A stretch of 55,361 nucleotides of DNA from an uncultured Candidatus Saccharibacteria bacterium (GCA_964630025.1 CAZVRG010000001.1:1-55361); one strand, 5' to 3'. Counted from the first letter of the stretch, positions 1 to 10,248 are shown. Made by a program: numbers and translations. Notes: generated by a model from the letters alone, not told the origin.

Positions 1-1
1 G

Positions 2-1030
2 ACGCTTTCCGTTATTGCACGTGAGCGGCCATCGTGGAAAACCGCGGCGCTTGCGGGAAGCACATGGAGTCTTGGCTTCATGACAAAATCACCGGCGTTT
101 TTCTTTCTCCCTATCGTTCTTCTCCCCTTCTTACTCCGCCCACTCTCCCAATGGCGCATCACCGTCCGCGACCTCGGCGCATGGGTCATTGCAGCAATGG
201 GAACGGCAATCGCCATCTGGCCGCCGATGTGGTCTCATCCTCTTCTACGTCTCCGGGATGTCTGGAACGATATGTTTTCTCACGTGGAAATGCCGGAAGT
301 ATACGTGTGGCCGCAGCCACATTTCCCCCTGTTCATGACGCTCCTGTCATTTCTTGCGCTGAGCGGTGTCGCACTGTATATCGGCATTCGCGGCTGGTCG
401 CTTCTCCGAAGAAAAGATATTCTGCAATTTCTTTTGACTGATCTGTTCCTGTGTGGCGGACTCCTGTTCGGGATCTTGCTCCTTGCTGCCGGAGGTGACC
501 ACGCCCGGAAAAGTCTCCCCGCACTCGCGTTTCTCGCTCTTCCGGGAGCCCTCGGCTGGCTGCGTGCAACAGAACGCATACACATCGTTCCTTCAGTCGC
601 AGCGGGCGGGTTGCTTGTGCTTCACGGCGCACTTCTTGTTCCGTGGTTTCCGCACCTTCCCTCATTTCACAATCCGCTACTTGATACGGAAGGAAAACGT
701 TTGCTTGCTGACGTAGGAAATGGCACACGACCCGTGGCGGAGTACTTCAATGCCCGACCACCGGTTGTCTTCGCAACAAATCTTCCCGGTTTGATCCAGC
801 CATACCTTACAGAAGACCGACGCGGCAATGTGCGTCGTCTTCCAAAATCCGGAAATCTCGCGGAGCTCCCGGATGAGGTTGCGTATCTGGTGATCCCGGA
901 GAGTTTCCCCGCCCGCGTCCTCTTCGACCGCGGTGCCGTCGAAACACTTCGTCAACTGCAGCATCAGCAGCCCGAGGCGATTCTGCGTGTGCGGGATGTC
1001 CCGCTCTTCTCCATCGTACGCACCCGCTGA
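2..1030 (+). CDS. C-terminal part of a polytopic membrane protein (probable GT-C glycosyltransferase); the 5' end lies outside the window
   Basis: The frame is open from nt 2, with no stop before the ATG at 80, so the ORF is cut by the window edge. It has several hydrophobic helices (FFFLPIVLLPFLL, LFLCGGLLFGILLLAAGG, AAGGLLVLHGALLV) followed by a ~130 aa soluble tail. This is the same layout as the complete GT-C proteins downstream. Confidence 0.55.
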   Translation, partial: TLSVIARERPSWKTAALAGSTWSLGFMTKSPAFFFLPIVLLPFLLRPLSQWRITVRDLGAWVIAAMGTAIAIWPPMWSHPLLRLRDVWNDMFSHVEMPEVYVWPQPHFPLFMTLLSFLALSGVALYIGIRGWSLLRRKDILQFLLTDLFLCGGLLFGILLLAAGGDHARKSLPALAFLALPGALGWLRATERIHIVPSVAAGGLLVLHGALLVPWFPHLPSFHNPLLDTEGKRLLADVGNGTRPVAEYFNARPPVVFATNLPGLIQPYLTEDRRGNVRRLPKSGNLAELPDEVAYLVIPESFPARVLFDRGAVETLRQLQHQQPEAILRVRDVPLFSIVRTR

Positions 1031-1054
1031 CGCCCGGCGCGTTCTCTCCGCTTC

Positions 1055-2137
1055 CTACGTACTCCTCTTCGCGCTCACAGAAATGCGCGTCGCTTCCCGC
1101 ACAACCGTCTCGGGTGGGAGTACCGCATCAACAACATTACGATCGTTGTACTGCCGCCGGTAATACTCCCGGAATCGTTCGGAATTCTTCACCGGCTTCC
1201 ACCACGTTTCGTGCGTTCGATACCACGCAATCGTTTCCGCAAGTCCTGTGTCGAATGAAACCGTTGGTTTCCATCCAAGCAGTTCCGCTTTCGTACTATT
1301 GAGCGCGTACCGACGATCATGTCCTGCACGTTCCGGATGTGGTTCAATCCAGGATGCATCTTTTCCGAAATCACCAAGAATGCGATGCGTGAGCTCGCGG
1401 TTGGAAAGCTCGAATGTGCTGCCAAGGTTATAGACTTCGCCCGGCGTCCCTTTCTCGAGCACCGTCAAAATGCCGCGTGCATGATCATCAACGTACAGCC
1501 AATCACGTCGATCGGAACCATCGCCGTACAGCGGCACCTTCCTTCCCTCAAGCAGATGGGTGATGAAGAGCGGAATAATTTTCTCCGGATACTGATACGG
1601 GCCATACGTATTGGACCCGCGTGTGATGAGGGCAGGGAAGCCGTATGTCCGAAACGCGGCGCGCACCTGTAGATCGCCACCGGCTTTCGAGGCGCTGTAC
1701 GGGCTATTCGGCTGCAACGGGGACTCCTCTGTCCAGTGTCCTTCCTGAATACTTCCGTACACTTCGTCCGTGGATACCTGCAGGAAGCGCGCAATGCCAT
1801 GCGCGCGCGACTGCTCAATAAGCGTGTGGGCGCCCACAACGTCGGTGATGGCAAAACCGCGCCCACTCAAAATGGAACGATCTACATGACTCTCCGCCGC
1901 GAAATTGACGACCGCATCAATGGAAAAATGATCGAGCACCCATGCGACATGTTCCTCGTCAACAATGTCGCCGCGAACGAATTGATACCGACCGGCAATC
2001 TCCGCGAGGTTCTGCAAATTTCCCGCGTAGGACAACTTGTCGTAGACGACCAACGTCCACTCCGGGTGTTCGCGCGTCAGCAACCGCGCAAAAGCGGATC
2101 CGATAAACCCCGCACCACCGGTCACTAAGATATGCAT
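1055..2137 (-). CDS. rfbB: dTDP-glucose 4,6-dehydratase
   Basis: 360 aa. It has the Rossmann motif ILVTGGAGFIGS and the extended-SDR catalytic region STDEVYG ... PYSASKAGGD (YxxxK). The full length is colinear with the RmlB/RfbB family. Confidence 0.92.
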   Translation of the reverse strand: MHILVTGGAGFIGSAFARLLTREHPEWTLVVYDKLSYAGNLQNLAEIAGRYQFVRGDIVDEEHVAWVLDHFSIDAVVNFAAESHVDRSILSGRGFAITDVVGAHTLIEQSRAHGIARFLQVSTDEVYGSIQEGHWTEESPLQPNSPYSASKAGGDLQVRAAFRTYGFPALITRGSNTYGPYQYPEKIIPLFITHLLEGRKVPLYGDGSDRRDWLYVDDHARGILTVLEKGTPGEVYNLGSTFELSNRELTHRILGDFGKDASWIEPHPERAGHDRRYALNSTKAELLGWKPTVSFDTGLAETIAWYRTHETWWKPVKNSERFREYYRRQYNDRNVVDAVLPPETVVREATRISVSAKRST

Positions 2138-2323
2138 CGGTGATCAGTTCCTTCCTCGCACGACGCCGCAGCGGGCGCACCGCCAAGGTTGGTGCGGGGT
2201 GCATCCGGCTCCACCGGTAATCAGAATGTTCATACTCTTGGCTCAGTGTATGGAAGGAGCGTACCCTTTGTCGAGTGTAGCTCCGCTTGTCCTCCTTCCG
2301 CGTGTCCTCTATTGTAAGAGCCG

Positions 2324-3649
2324 ATGTCTGCGCTTCAGCGTCCTGTCTCTGTTGCGTGCCGCGGATGCGGCCACGCGCCCATGGAGTCACTGTTCGATCT
2401 CGGCAACGTGCCATCGGTGAATTCGTTTCCCACAACCGAGCAGATCCCGCACGAGCGACCAGCGCTGTTGGAAATGTGCGTATGTCCGCACTGCACTCTC
2501 GTGCAACTCTCGACAACAATTGCGAAAGAAGACCTGTTCACCGAATACCGTTATCTCTCGTCAGCGTCACAAACCCAAATCCGGTATCTGGGCGATCTGG
2601 CGGCGATGCTCGCGAAGCGATTCACGCTGCATGAGCACTCGCGGATTCTCGAGGTTGGTTCAAACGACGGAACGCTGCTTGCCGCGTTTCTCCCGTGGAC
2701 AAAACACATCCTCGGCATTGATCCGGCAAAAAATCTCGTGCCGGAAGCGTCCTCTCGTGGCGTTCCGATGGTTGCTGATTTTTTGACCGAAGAAACAGCA
2801 GAACAGATCACAAAGGAGCACGGCCACTTCGATATCATCCTCGGGTTGAACGTGTACGCGCATAACCCAGACATCGGCGCGCTGCTCCGCGCGACGCATA
2901 CCCTGCTATCTCCCGATGGCACGTTCATACTGGAGGCTGTCAATGCTTCGAAAACGATTCTTCGGGGTTCGTACGACACTGTCTATCACGAGCATGTCTT
3001 TTGCTATTCTCTGACCGCGTTGCACACACTCTATGCGCGCGCCGGGTTGACGGTGGTGGATGTGGAAGAAACGCCCATGCAGGGCGGAAGCCTCCGCGTG
3101 TATGCGCAGCGCACAGATCATCACCCGACAATTGCGCCCGCTGTTGCACAGATGCTCGACGATGAGCGCGCCGACGGCATCACCAATCTCGGAACATACC
3201 AACGCGTTGGAGAATCCGTGCGGCAGCACATCCACGCATTACGCGAAGGTGTCGAGGAATTACAGCGGCGCCATGGCCGCGTCTGGGCGCTCGGTGCTTC
3301 GGCGCGCGGCGTCGTCATTTTGAACGCCGGAAAACTGGACACGACGGTGATTGAATGTATTGTCGACGACACACCGCTGAAACAAGGTCGGCACGTCCCC
3401 GGCGTGCACATTCCCGTCGTTGGATGGGAGACACTGCGCGCGCTCCCTAAAAAACCAACGGCATTTCTCCTTACCGCATGGAATTACGAGCGGGAAGTGC
3501 TCGAAAAATTGCAGCGCCTCGGTGATGTTCATGAGGCGGAGATCATTGTGCCGTTCCCTGCGTTACGAACAGTGGCGCTGCAACGCGTTGTTGCCGAAGA
3601 GACCTATCCGATTCCCCTGCCCACCCAAAACGCGCGAGAAGTTCGCTGA
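2324..3649 (+). CDS. SAM-dependent C-methyltransferase, NDP-hexose C-methyltransferase type (paralog 1 of 3)
   Basis: 441 aa. It has an N-terminal Cys4 zinc ribbon (CRGCGH ... CPHCTLVQL), the SAM motif ILEVGSNDG, and a C-terminal Rossmann-like domain (ALGASARGVVILN, DDTPLKQGRHVPGVHIPV, LLTAWNYEREV). The domain order is that of TylCIII/NovU-type enzymes (Methyltransf_13 + Methyltransf_14). Confidence 0.8.
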   Translation: MSALQRPVSVACRGCGHAPMESLFDLGNVPSVNSFPTTEQIPHERPALLEMCVCPHCTLVQLSTTIAKEDLFTEYRYLSSASQTQIRYLGDLAAMLAKRFTLHEHSRILEVGSNDGTLLAAFLPWTKHILGIDPAKNLVPEASSRGVPMVADFLTEETAEQITKEHGHFDIILGLNVYAHNPDIGALLRATHTLLSPDGTFILEAVNASKTILRGSYDTVYHEHVFCYSLTALHTLYARAGLTVVDVEETPMQGGSLRVYAQRTDHHPTIAPAVAQMLDDERADGITNLGTYQRVGESVRQHIHALREGVEELQRRHGRVWALGASARGVVILNAGKLDTTVIECIVDDTPLKQGRHVPGVHIPVVGWETLRALPKKPTAFLLTAWNYEREVLEKLQRLGDVHEAEIIVPFPALRTVALQRVVAEETYPIPLPTQNAREVR

Positions 3650-3690
3650 TCTTCGATATCCTCGTATACAGAGGAAGTACGTAGCGAGGA

Positions 3691-5313
3691 TTATGTATTC
3701 CTCCACACAAGTGTGTGGATGCGCGTGATGTCGTAATCAACGACGGAATCGTAGCCGATCGGAAAGCGAATTTCCTCGGTTGTTGTGACGACGCCGCGTT
3801 TCTTGAGGACATCAAGAATGCGCACCATGCGCGGCTCACCGCGCTCGACAAGATAGCGAATATCTAACCGCTGCATGTTTGCAATGTGTGCGGCCGTCTG
3901 ATCGGCGAGCGTCTTTCCCCGCTCCACTTCCGACGCCTCGCCAAGCATGATCGCGCGCTGCGGCGGCGCGTACTGCTCGCCAATGATGCCGAGATACAGG
4001 ATGGCCATGAGATCGTGATTCAATGCAACGCGGCCTTCACGGTTCTGGAGCTCGCGGATCGCAAGGTGCAAGGAATATCCTGATCCCTCATTGTCGAATG
4101 CGCGGGTATGAATTGTTCCGGCAAGTGCAGGTGCTTCTTTTGTAAACATCCAGGCGAGGAAGGCGAGCACCGCTCCCGTTGCTACGGTGCGCAACACCTT
4201 TGGGCGGAATAGCCGGTGCGCAATGGTGAAGAGCGCGGATGCCCCCGCTGCAGCCATGAGATAGAACGCGGGAATGCCCGGCGCGACAAAACGACCGTAC
4301 ACCACCCACATGGAATACAGCGTTGAGAATACGAGGAACACTGCGACAAACGGCAGGACTGCCCGTCGTGCCGTCATTAGAAGCCACAGAAGACCAATGA
4401 GCGCGAGAATACTTATCCACCACGGCGCCGACTGCAGCGTACGGAGAATCGGTTTTTCACCGCCTTGCTCCAGCTGCCATCGCGGCTCCTCCCACGGGCG
4501 CATCCATCCAAGGCCGCCGGCAATCTTTTCCAGTTTCGCGGGAATATCCTCCAGCTTTCCTCCCACGGCGCCTTCCTTGCCGCTCCACTCCGTGAAATAC
4601 CCGCCGCCGATAGATCCGTGGACATACAACGCGTAGGGAACCCACGCGACATACAGCGCGATAACCGGAATGGCGGCAACGAAGACGTAACGCCACGACA
4701 GACGGAGAAATAGCAAACCGATAAAGACGGGCGCGAGCACCATGCTTTCAAAGCGCGTGAGCATAAGCAGACCAATCAGCCCCCCGGCAAGCAACGTGGA
4801 ACGCGGAGAAGGCCCGACCACCGTCACCGCGTACGTACAGGCAACAACAAGGAACAGAAAAAGACTGTCCGATAACGGACGTATGCCCGTTTCGTTCGAT
4901 ATCGGCACCAGCGTTTGAAGAAGCAGGAACAGTGCAAGGGGCAGCGGACGAATGCCAAAACGGCGACCAAGCAGATAGAGCAGCCCCGTTGTGCCGGCTC
5001 CCGCGATGATGCTGATGGCTTTCGCGGTGACGAGCGGATCAATGCCGAGGCCTTTCCATCCGACAAGAATCAGCAACGGGTAGAGCGGAAGCCGTTTCTC
5101 GCCCTGCGGAATACGCCCCTGGCTATAGGCCTGGGACATGAAGAGGAAGTTATATGTGTCTCCGGGCTCCGAAACATTTCTCTGCACCGCAATGTATGTG
5201 CGTTCTCCAAGCGCGAAAGAGACCAAGGCAAGAAGGATCAGCGCTTCAACCGCCCGCGGCTGTTTCACCCATGCGCGAAGCTGTTCTCGAATACGCTGCA
5301 ATCTCATGATCAT
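3691..5313 (-). CDS. GT-C fold membrane glycosyltransferase, ArnT/PMT-like
   Basis: 540 aa with more than 10 hydrophobic helices. It has a first-loop acidic/aromatic motif (EPGDTYNFLFMSQAY) and a ~150 aa soluble C-terminal domain. Its ATG lies 3 nt after the stop of the upstream carbamoyltransferase. Confidence 0.72.
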   Translation of the reverse strand: MIMRLQRIREQLRAWVKQPRAVEALILLALVSFALGERTYIAVQRNVSEPGDTYNFLFMSQAYSQGRIPQGEKRLPLYPLLILVGWKGLGIDPLVTAKAISIIAGAGTTGLLYLLGRRFGIRPLPLALFLLLQTLVPISNETGIRPLSDSLFLFLVVACTYAVTVVGPSPRSTLLAGGLIGLLMLTRFESMVLAPVFIGLLFLRLSWRYVFVAAIPVIALYVAWVPYALYVHGSIGGGYFTEWSGKEGAVGGKLEDIPAKLEKIAGGLGWMRPWEEPRWQLEQGGEKPILRTLQSAPWWISILALIGLLWLLMTARRAVLPFVAVFLVFSTLYSMWVVYGRFVAPGIPAFYLMAAAGASALFTIAHRLFRPKVLRTVATGAVLAFLAWMFTKEAPALAGTIHTRAFDNEGSGYSLHLAIRELQNREGRVALNHDLMAILYLGIIGEQYAPPQRAIMLGEASEVERGKTLADQTAAHIANMQRLDIRYLVERGEPRMVRILDVLKKRGVVTTTEEIRFPIGYDSVVDYDITRIHTLVWRNT

Positions 5314-5316
5314 TCT

Positions 5317-7029
5317 TTACGGCTTCATAACACGAAATTGCTCCATAACCAGCGTATCAATACCGCCGCGGAGGAATTCTTTGATGGCATCATCCGGCGT
5401 GCACACGATCGGTTCTTCATGCTTGTTGAAGCTCGTGTTAATGCACATGGGCAACCCTGTCAGTTCCTCGTGCCGCCGCAGGACCGCGTGAATACGAGGT
5501 TGCTGTTCCCGACGCACGACCTGCGGACGCGCGGTGCCGTCTTTATGCACAATGCCGGGCGCTTTTGTGCGACCTTCTTCCGTGACGTCAAAACAGATGG
5601 TCATATACCGTGCCGGATAGGCGCTTTTCGCAAACTGATGAAAGTATCTGGGTGCTGCTTCTTCCAGAATCATCGGCGCGAAAGGCATGAACTCGGTGCG
5701 TTCAAGGCGCTTGTTGAGCCAATCCATCATCGTGACATCCGTTGGCTCCGCGAGGATCGAGCGGTTCCCGAGCGCGCGCGGGCCAAACTCCATACGCCCT
5801 TGATAGACACCGACAACGCGCTTTGCCTGCAGTTCTCGGGCAATGAAATCCGCGGGATCCGGCAATGCGACAAGTTCGACATGCTGCGCTGCCGCCGCCT
5901 GCCGAATATCCTCGTTGCTGAATGCAGGACCGAAATACAGATGGGAAAGGCGGAACGGCCGCAGCGGACGGTGCCGGGCGGTTTCCAACAATGCGGCTCC
6001 CATCGCGAGTCCACCGTCGCCCATGTGCGGGAAAATGCTGACAGAGGTTACTTCCGGAAGCTCTGCGATCTTTTGGTTTACGCGGACATTCGCAAACGTG
6101 CCCCCGGCAAAGGCAATATGGGTGATGCCTGTGCGCGTGATCGCGGCCCGTACAACGGTGATGAACGCATCCTCGAGCACTTTCTGCGCCGCATACGCAA
6201 GCTCTTCCCGTGAGGCGCCCGGCAACACTTCCTGAATGCGTGCACGTTCGTGTTGCCAGATTCTTCGCTCTTTGTTATCGAACCGAAGGTGCGCCGCATG
6301 TCCGCCGTACAACGTGCGGAGTTTTTGGTACGCATCCGGACTGGGGCGATACGCGGCGAGTCCGGTAATTTTTCCCGCGTGGCGGACCGGCTTGAATCCG
6401 CACATGTGCGTGATCACATCCCAAAATCTCCCGGACGAATGGATAACGGACGACCACGCAATACGCGTGAGGCGCCCCTCTTTCCCCACAGAAACGGATC
6501 CGGTACGCCCATCCCCCGAACCATCCGCGGTTATGACAAGGACTGGATCGTTTCCCGACGTGAAATAGGCGCCGGCGGCATGACAGGTGTGATGATCGTA
6601 GAAGGTCATCGGCGCTGTAACGCCAGCGCCGCGTATGCGGCGCTCTACGTCTCCTCGATTTCGCTGCCACTTCCCTACCGTCCGGACAATTTCAGCAAAC
6701 GTCCAGGTGTCCGTGAGCGGCCCAAGAACATTCGTCAGCGGCTGCGCAATGCGCCGGAACATATTCATCTGTCTCGGGTCAAACGACACGGTCGTCCAGT
6801 CTTCAAACTTTGTGAGACCGGCTACCGCGACTGCCTGAATATCTGCCGGCGCTACGCCGGTTGTCGTAAACAGATTCTGCAGGCTGAGGTGCGGGAACCC
6901 CCAGTGAAACTTGGTGCGGGAGAAGCGTTCTTCGTTGGCGGCATAGATGATGTTGCCGTCTTCCAACAAGACGACGCCGGCATCGTGGCCGTCGTGGATG
7001 CCAAGGACACGGAACGGTTGCGTGGGCAT
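5317..7029 (-). CDS. carbamoyltransferase, NodU/CmcH family
   Basis: 570 aa. The N-terminus VLGIHDGHDAGVVLLEDGNIIYAANEERFSRTKF and the C-terminus NTSFNKHEEPIVCTPDDAIKEF are the hallmark ends of the NodU/CmcH/NovN O-carbamoyltransferase family. Confidence 0.9.
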   Translation of the reverse strand: MPTQPFRVLGIHDGHDAGVVLLEDGNIIYAANEERFSRTKFHWGFPHLSLQNLFTTTGVAPADIQAVAVAGLTKFEDWTTVSFDPRQMNMFRRIAQPLTNVLGPLTDTWTFAEIVRTVGKWQRNRGDVERRIRGAGVTAPMTFYDHHTCHAAGAYFTSGNDPVLVITADGSGDGRTGSVSVGKEGRLTRIAWSSVIHSSGRFWDVITHMCGFKPVRHAGKITGLAAYRPSPDAYQKLRTLYGGHAAHLRFDNKERRIWQHERARIQEVLPGASREELAYAAQKVLEDAFITVVRAAITRTGITHIAFAGGTFANVRVNQKIAELPEVTSVSIFPHMGDGGLAMGAALLETARHRPLRPFRLSHLYFGPAFSNEDIRQAAAAQHVELVALPDPADFIARELQAKRVVGVYQGRMEFGPRALGNRSILAEPTDVTMMDWLNKRLERTEFMPFAPMILEEAAPRYFHQFAKSAYPARYMTICFDVTEEGRTKAPGIVHKDGTARPQVVRREQQPRIHAVLRRHEELTGLPMCINTSFNKHEEPIVCTPDDAIKEFLRGGIDTLVMEQFRVMKP

Positions 7030-7041
7030 GGAAACGTCAGA

Positions 7042-7794
7042 TTACCACCGTGCCGGATCGGAAAACCGTTGCCTGACGAGTTCCCACATCCAGTGAAACC
7101 CATCGCGAAGGCGGACCTTTTTCCCCTCTTCACGCCCGCGCGGACGGTACGTGATCGGCACTTCATGGATATCCACGCCGAGACGAAACAATTTTGCGAG
7201 GAGTTCCCCGTCAACCACAAATCCGCGTGCGCGCAGCGGAATGCGTCGTAAGAGATCGCGACGAATCATTTTGTAGCAGGTGAACTGATCGGAAATGCGT
7301 CGCTGGTAGAGGAGGTAGGTCACTATCGTAACGAAGGGAACGACAGAGTAGTACAACGCATTGGAAACCGGATTATGAATTAAACGACGCGAACCGAACA
7401 CGACCGAGACACCGGGAAGACGAAACAACGCGAGCATTTGCTGGAAATCTTGCGGATCGTACTCGAGATCTGCGTCCTGAATAGCGACAAGATCACCCGC
7501 CGCTTCCTGAAATCCTCGCTGCAACGCGGCGCCTTTGCCCATGTTTGTTGGCTGGCGAAGAACACGCAATACGCCGGGGTACCGTATCGCCAGCGCTTCG
7601 GCCAACGCGGCACTTCGATCCGTCGACCCATCATCAACCACCAACACTTCTTTTGTTGTCGGGCCAAGATCAACCGCGAGGACACGTTCGATGATTGTCG
7701 CGATCGTGCGCTCTTCGTTGTAGCACGGAATAACAATCGAAAGTTTCACGAAGGCAGTGTATAGGAGACCGCGATCTTGAGCTAGAGTCTTCAT
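7042..7794 (-). CDS. family 2 glycosyltransferase (polyprenyl-phosphate sugar synthase-like)
   Basis: Motifs: LSIVIPCYNEE, VVDDGSTDRS, QDADLEYDP (DxD). The track ORF extends to 7827 but the first ATG is at 7794, and a GTG at 7749 is also possible. The start is uncertain by about 80 nt. Confidence 0.85.
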   Translation of the reverse strand: MKTLAQDRGLLYTAFVKLSIVIPCYNEERTIATIIERVLAVDLGPTTKEVLVVDDGSTDRSAALAEALAIRYPGVLRVLRQPTNMGKGAALQRGFQEAAGDLVAIQDADLEYDPQDFQQMLALFRLPGVSVVFGSRRLIHNPVSNALYYSVVPFVTIVTYLLYQRRISDQFTCYKMIRRDLLRRIPLRARGFVVDGELLAKLFRLGVDIHEVPITYRPRGREEGKKVRLRDGFHWMWELVRQRFSDPARW

Positions 7795-7851
7795 GCGAAA
7801 AGCGCGGAGTGGGTTTGCGCCGCACACCGCTCCACCGCTACGCTTCCACCC

Positions 7852-10248
7852 GTGCGCAAACGTCTGCTTCTTTCCGGAGGATGTGCGCTGTTTCTTGCGA
7901 CTGCCCTCGCGTTCATACCGTGGAGCGAGCGTGTGGTCTTTCTGCAGCCATCAGGAGATCCGAGCGACAATGAAGCCGTCAACGCCGAGCACGGGGCCGA
8001 ACAGCGTATCACCATTCCCGCAACACTCTCTCTTCGGGATGTCACCGTATTTCTCTGGCCGCCGGTGCCGGCAGGAGCTCTGGAAGCGCGTGTCCAGTCC
8101 CGAAACGGCACACGCAGTGCAACAGCATCTCTCGCACATACCAGCGCGGACGGCGTCCTTTCGTTTCGTTTCTCGCCTCTCCCCGTGCAAGAAGGCGAGC
8201 AGATTGTTGTCCGTCTCACAGTAAGAGACGCACAAGAGTCAATTGTGCTTCGCACTGCAACCGGCGTGACGGAAGACATGACCAGCGCCGTGCGGATTGG
8301 CAATGCAACGCGTGACCGCTCACTGGCGCTTTCGCTTGGCACACATCGTCCTCTTGGCACGCGCCTTCTTACCGTATTGCAGCCAACGGGTACAGCACTT
8401 CGCGCGATCGATGCGAACACGCTTGGTCTTGCGTTGCTCGGCGCAACGATCGGCGTTGGATTGTACATCGTGCTTCGTCAACCGCTTTCCTCGCAGCGCT
8501 TCTGGACCTTGTGTCTTGGCGCCGCGGCACTCTCCTTTCTTCTGCATCAGCCGTTTCTTCGCTCCTACCCGGCAACAAACGATGAGGGATCAATCCTTGC
8601 AGATGCAGTACACCTTTCGCCGGAGTTCTGGCCACTGCAAACCGGAGGCGCGAAAGGTCCACTAAGCCTGCTCGCACTCGCTCCTCTGGTGCGCGCTGTT
8701 GAACATCCTCTTCTTGCTGGACGGCAAGTTATCGCGTTGCTTACTGGAATTGAAGTCGTGCTCTTGGGCATTGCCGCGCGGAGATTGTGGAATGAACGCG
8801 CCGGCGTCGTGAGCGCGGTACTCTACGCCGTCACGCCGGCGGTGATTGCCCAAACGACGCAGGTGTTTCTGCAGCCCTTTGCGCTTCCTTTTGTGACGCT
8901 CGGGTGGATACTCCTGATGCCATCGCACGCGCCATCGAGCAGGCGTTATCTTCTCCGCATCGCGCTTGCGGGCTCCTGTTTCGCACTTGGATTTCTTGCA
9001 CGCCCGACCAGCCTTGCGTTCGCGCCTGCTGCATTCCTCGTGTTTCTTCTTCTTCCACGACAGCCTTGGTCACAGCGGCTGCGCGCCCTGCTACTCGCCG
9101 GTATCGGATTTCTTCTGGTGATCGCGATTGCGGGCGGTATCGCCGTTCCACTCCTCGGCGTGGAAAAAACCGTCGATCTCTTCGGATGGCAGGGATTCCT
9201 TGTCAGTCAGCAACGCGCGGATCAAGGACGTTCCACTCCAGGACTGCGGGCACTGATCGCCGTTCCGCGTTCTCTCACGGAACTGGATGCTGTTCTCCAA
9301 TATGCATGGCCATTGTTTGTTGGCGCATTGCCGGTTCTGCTGCTTGGCGGTGCTTTCATCCTGCAGAGCGTTGCAGCGGGTATCCGACTTCCGCTGCGCG
9401 CCGCCGTATTCCTGTACACCATCAGCGCGGCACTTGTTCTTGCTCTTGCGCTGCGCCTGCCGGCAATCTCCAGCCCATCCATACTGCATGGTGCGGTGCT
9501 TGGCGGCAGTCTTCTTGTCTTTTTCCTCGCGCTCGCGCACGCGATCAAACAACACAATAACTCGCCCCGCGCCCAAGCGCTTCGAGACCTTCTCCTGTTG
9601 TGCGGAACGTGGATCGTGCTTGTGGTTGGGTACGCGAATTATGGGCGCTTTCGTTTGCACTACCATGCGGAGTTTCTACCGCTCTACGTCATTGCGAGCG
9701 CATTTCTCATTGAAACCCTGTTCGTGCGCATTCCCGCCCACGGTCGCTCCTCCGCACGAGAAGTATGGAACATTGTTCCCGTCGCGCTTCTGGGCGCCGT
9801 GCTCGCGCTGTCATTTCCTACCACATATGCGCGGTATCACGCGGGAAATATTCCGCTCTCGGTTGCGGATGCGGTTGCCGCCGACCTTCGTGAACGCACG
9901 GCGCCAACGGAGGGCGTGTTCACCGCGCAGGTATTGTTTCCCGTGCTTGCGCACCGGCGCGTTCCCTACGGCATCGCGCATCCCGGGTGGTACCGGGAAG
10001 AAGCACTCGGTATGCTTCCACGCGGACTTCGCGCCCAGTATTATCCCGACCGCGACGCGTTGCGACGCGCAATCGAAACAACACCCATTCGGATCATTGT
10101 GATCGAGCGCCGAACGCGCGAAGTGTTCTTGGAGTTCGATCCGGAGCTGCGCAGACTCATTGACCAGCGGTACCGATTGGTGCGGACAGTTGATAATCCG
10201 CTTGTTGATGCGATTGAGATCTGGGAACGTCTCTCTTCAACCCCATGA
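7852..10248 (+). CDS. GT-C membrane glycosyltransferase, ArnT/PMT-like, with an N-terminal extracytoplasmic module and a C-terminal soluble domain (tandem paralog A)
   Basis: 798 aa with a GTG start. It has the signal-anchor MRKRLLLSGGCALFLATALAF, the first-loop motif NDEGSILADAVHL, and many TM helices. The C-terminal motifs HYHAEFLPLY and PIRIIVIERRTREVFLEFDPEL are shared with the next gene. Confidence 0.75.
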   Translation: MRKRLLLSGGCALFLATALAFIPWSERVVFLQPSGDPSDNEAVNAEHGAEQRITIPATLSLRDVTVFLWPPVPAGALEARVQSRNGTRSATASLAHTSADGVLSFRFSPLPVQEGEQIVVRLTVRDAQESIVLRTATGVTEDMTSAVRIGNATRDRSLALSLGTHRPLGTRLLTVLQPTGTALRAIDANTLGLALLGATIGVGLYIVLRQPLSSQRFWTLCLGAAALSFLLHQPFLRSYPATNDEGSILADAVHLSPEFWPLQTGGAKGPLSLLALAPLVRAVEHPLLAGRQVIALLTGIEVVLLGIAARRLWNERAGVVSAVLYAVTPAVIAQTTQVFLQPFALPFVTLGWILLMPSHAPSSRRYLLRIALAGSCFALGFLARPTSLAFAPAAFLVFLLLPRQPWSQRLRALLLAGIGFLLVIAIAGGIAVPLLGVEKTVDLFGWQGFLVSQQRADQGRSTPGLRALIAVPRSLTELDAVLQYAWPLFVGALPVLLLGGAFILQSVAAGIRLPLRAAVFLYTISAALVLALALRLPAISSPSILHGAVLGGSLLVFFLALAHAIKQHNNSPRAQALRDLLLLCGTWIVLVVGYANYGRFRLHYHAEFLPLYVIASAFLIETLFVRIPAHGRSSAREVWNIVPVALLGAVLALSFPTTYARYHAGNIPLSVADAVAADLRERTAPTEGVFTAQVLFPVLAHRRVPYGIAHPGWYREEALGMLPRGLRAQYYPDRDALRRAIETTPIRIIVIERRTREVFLEFDPELRRLIDQRYRLVRTVDNPLVDAIEIWERLSSTP

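Noticed and set aside
3703-3718. Palindrome CCACACAAGTGTGTGG near the convergent gene ends at 3650-3690
   Set aside because: It lies inside the last codons of the minus-strand GT-C gene (…HTLVWRNT), is short, and has no U-tract. It is not convincing as a terminator.
4915-6213. 432 aa plus-strand ORF antisense to the carbamoyltransferase and the GT-C gene
   Set aside because: It is a shadow ORF typical of GC-rich DNA. Its composition is Arg/His/Cys-rich and low-complexity, with no motifs. It fully overlaps two genes that have unmistakable family signatures on the other strand.
9688-9700. 13 nt match (GTCATTGCGAGCG) to the inner arm of the palindromic element at 50562-50574
   Set aside because: It lies in the conserved HYHAEFLPLYVIASAF coding block of the GT-C gene. 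There is no partner arm or hairpin nearby, so it is most likely a chance match.
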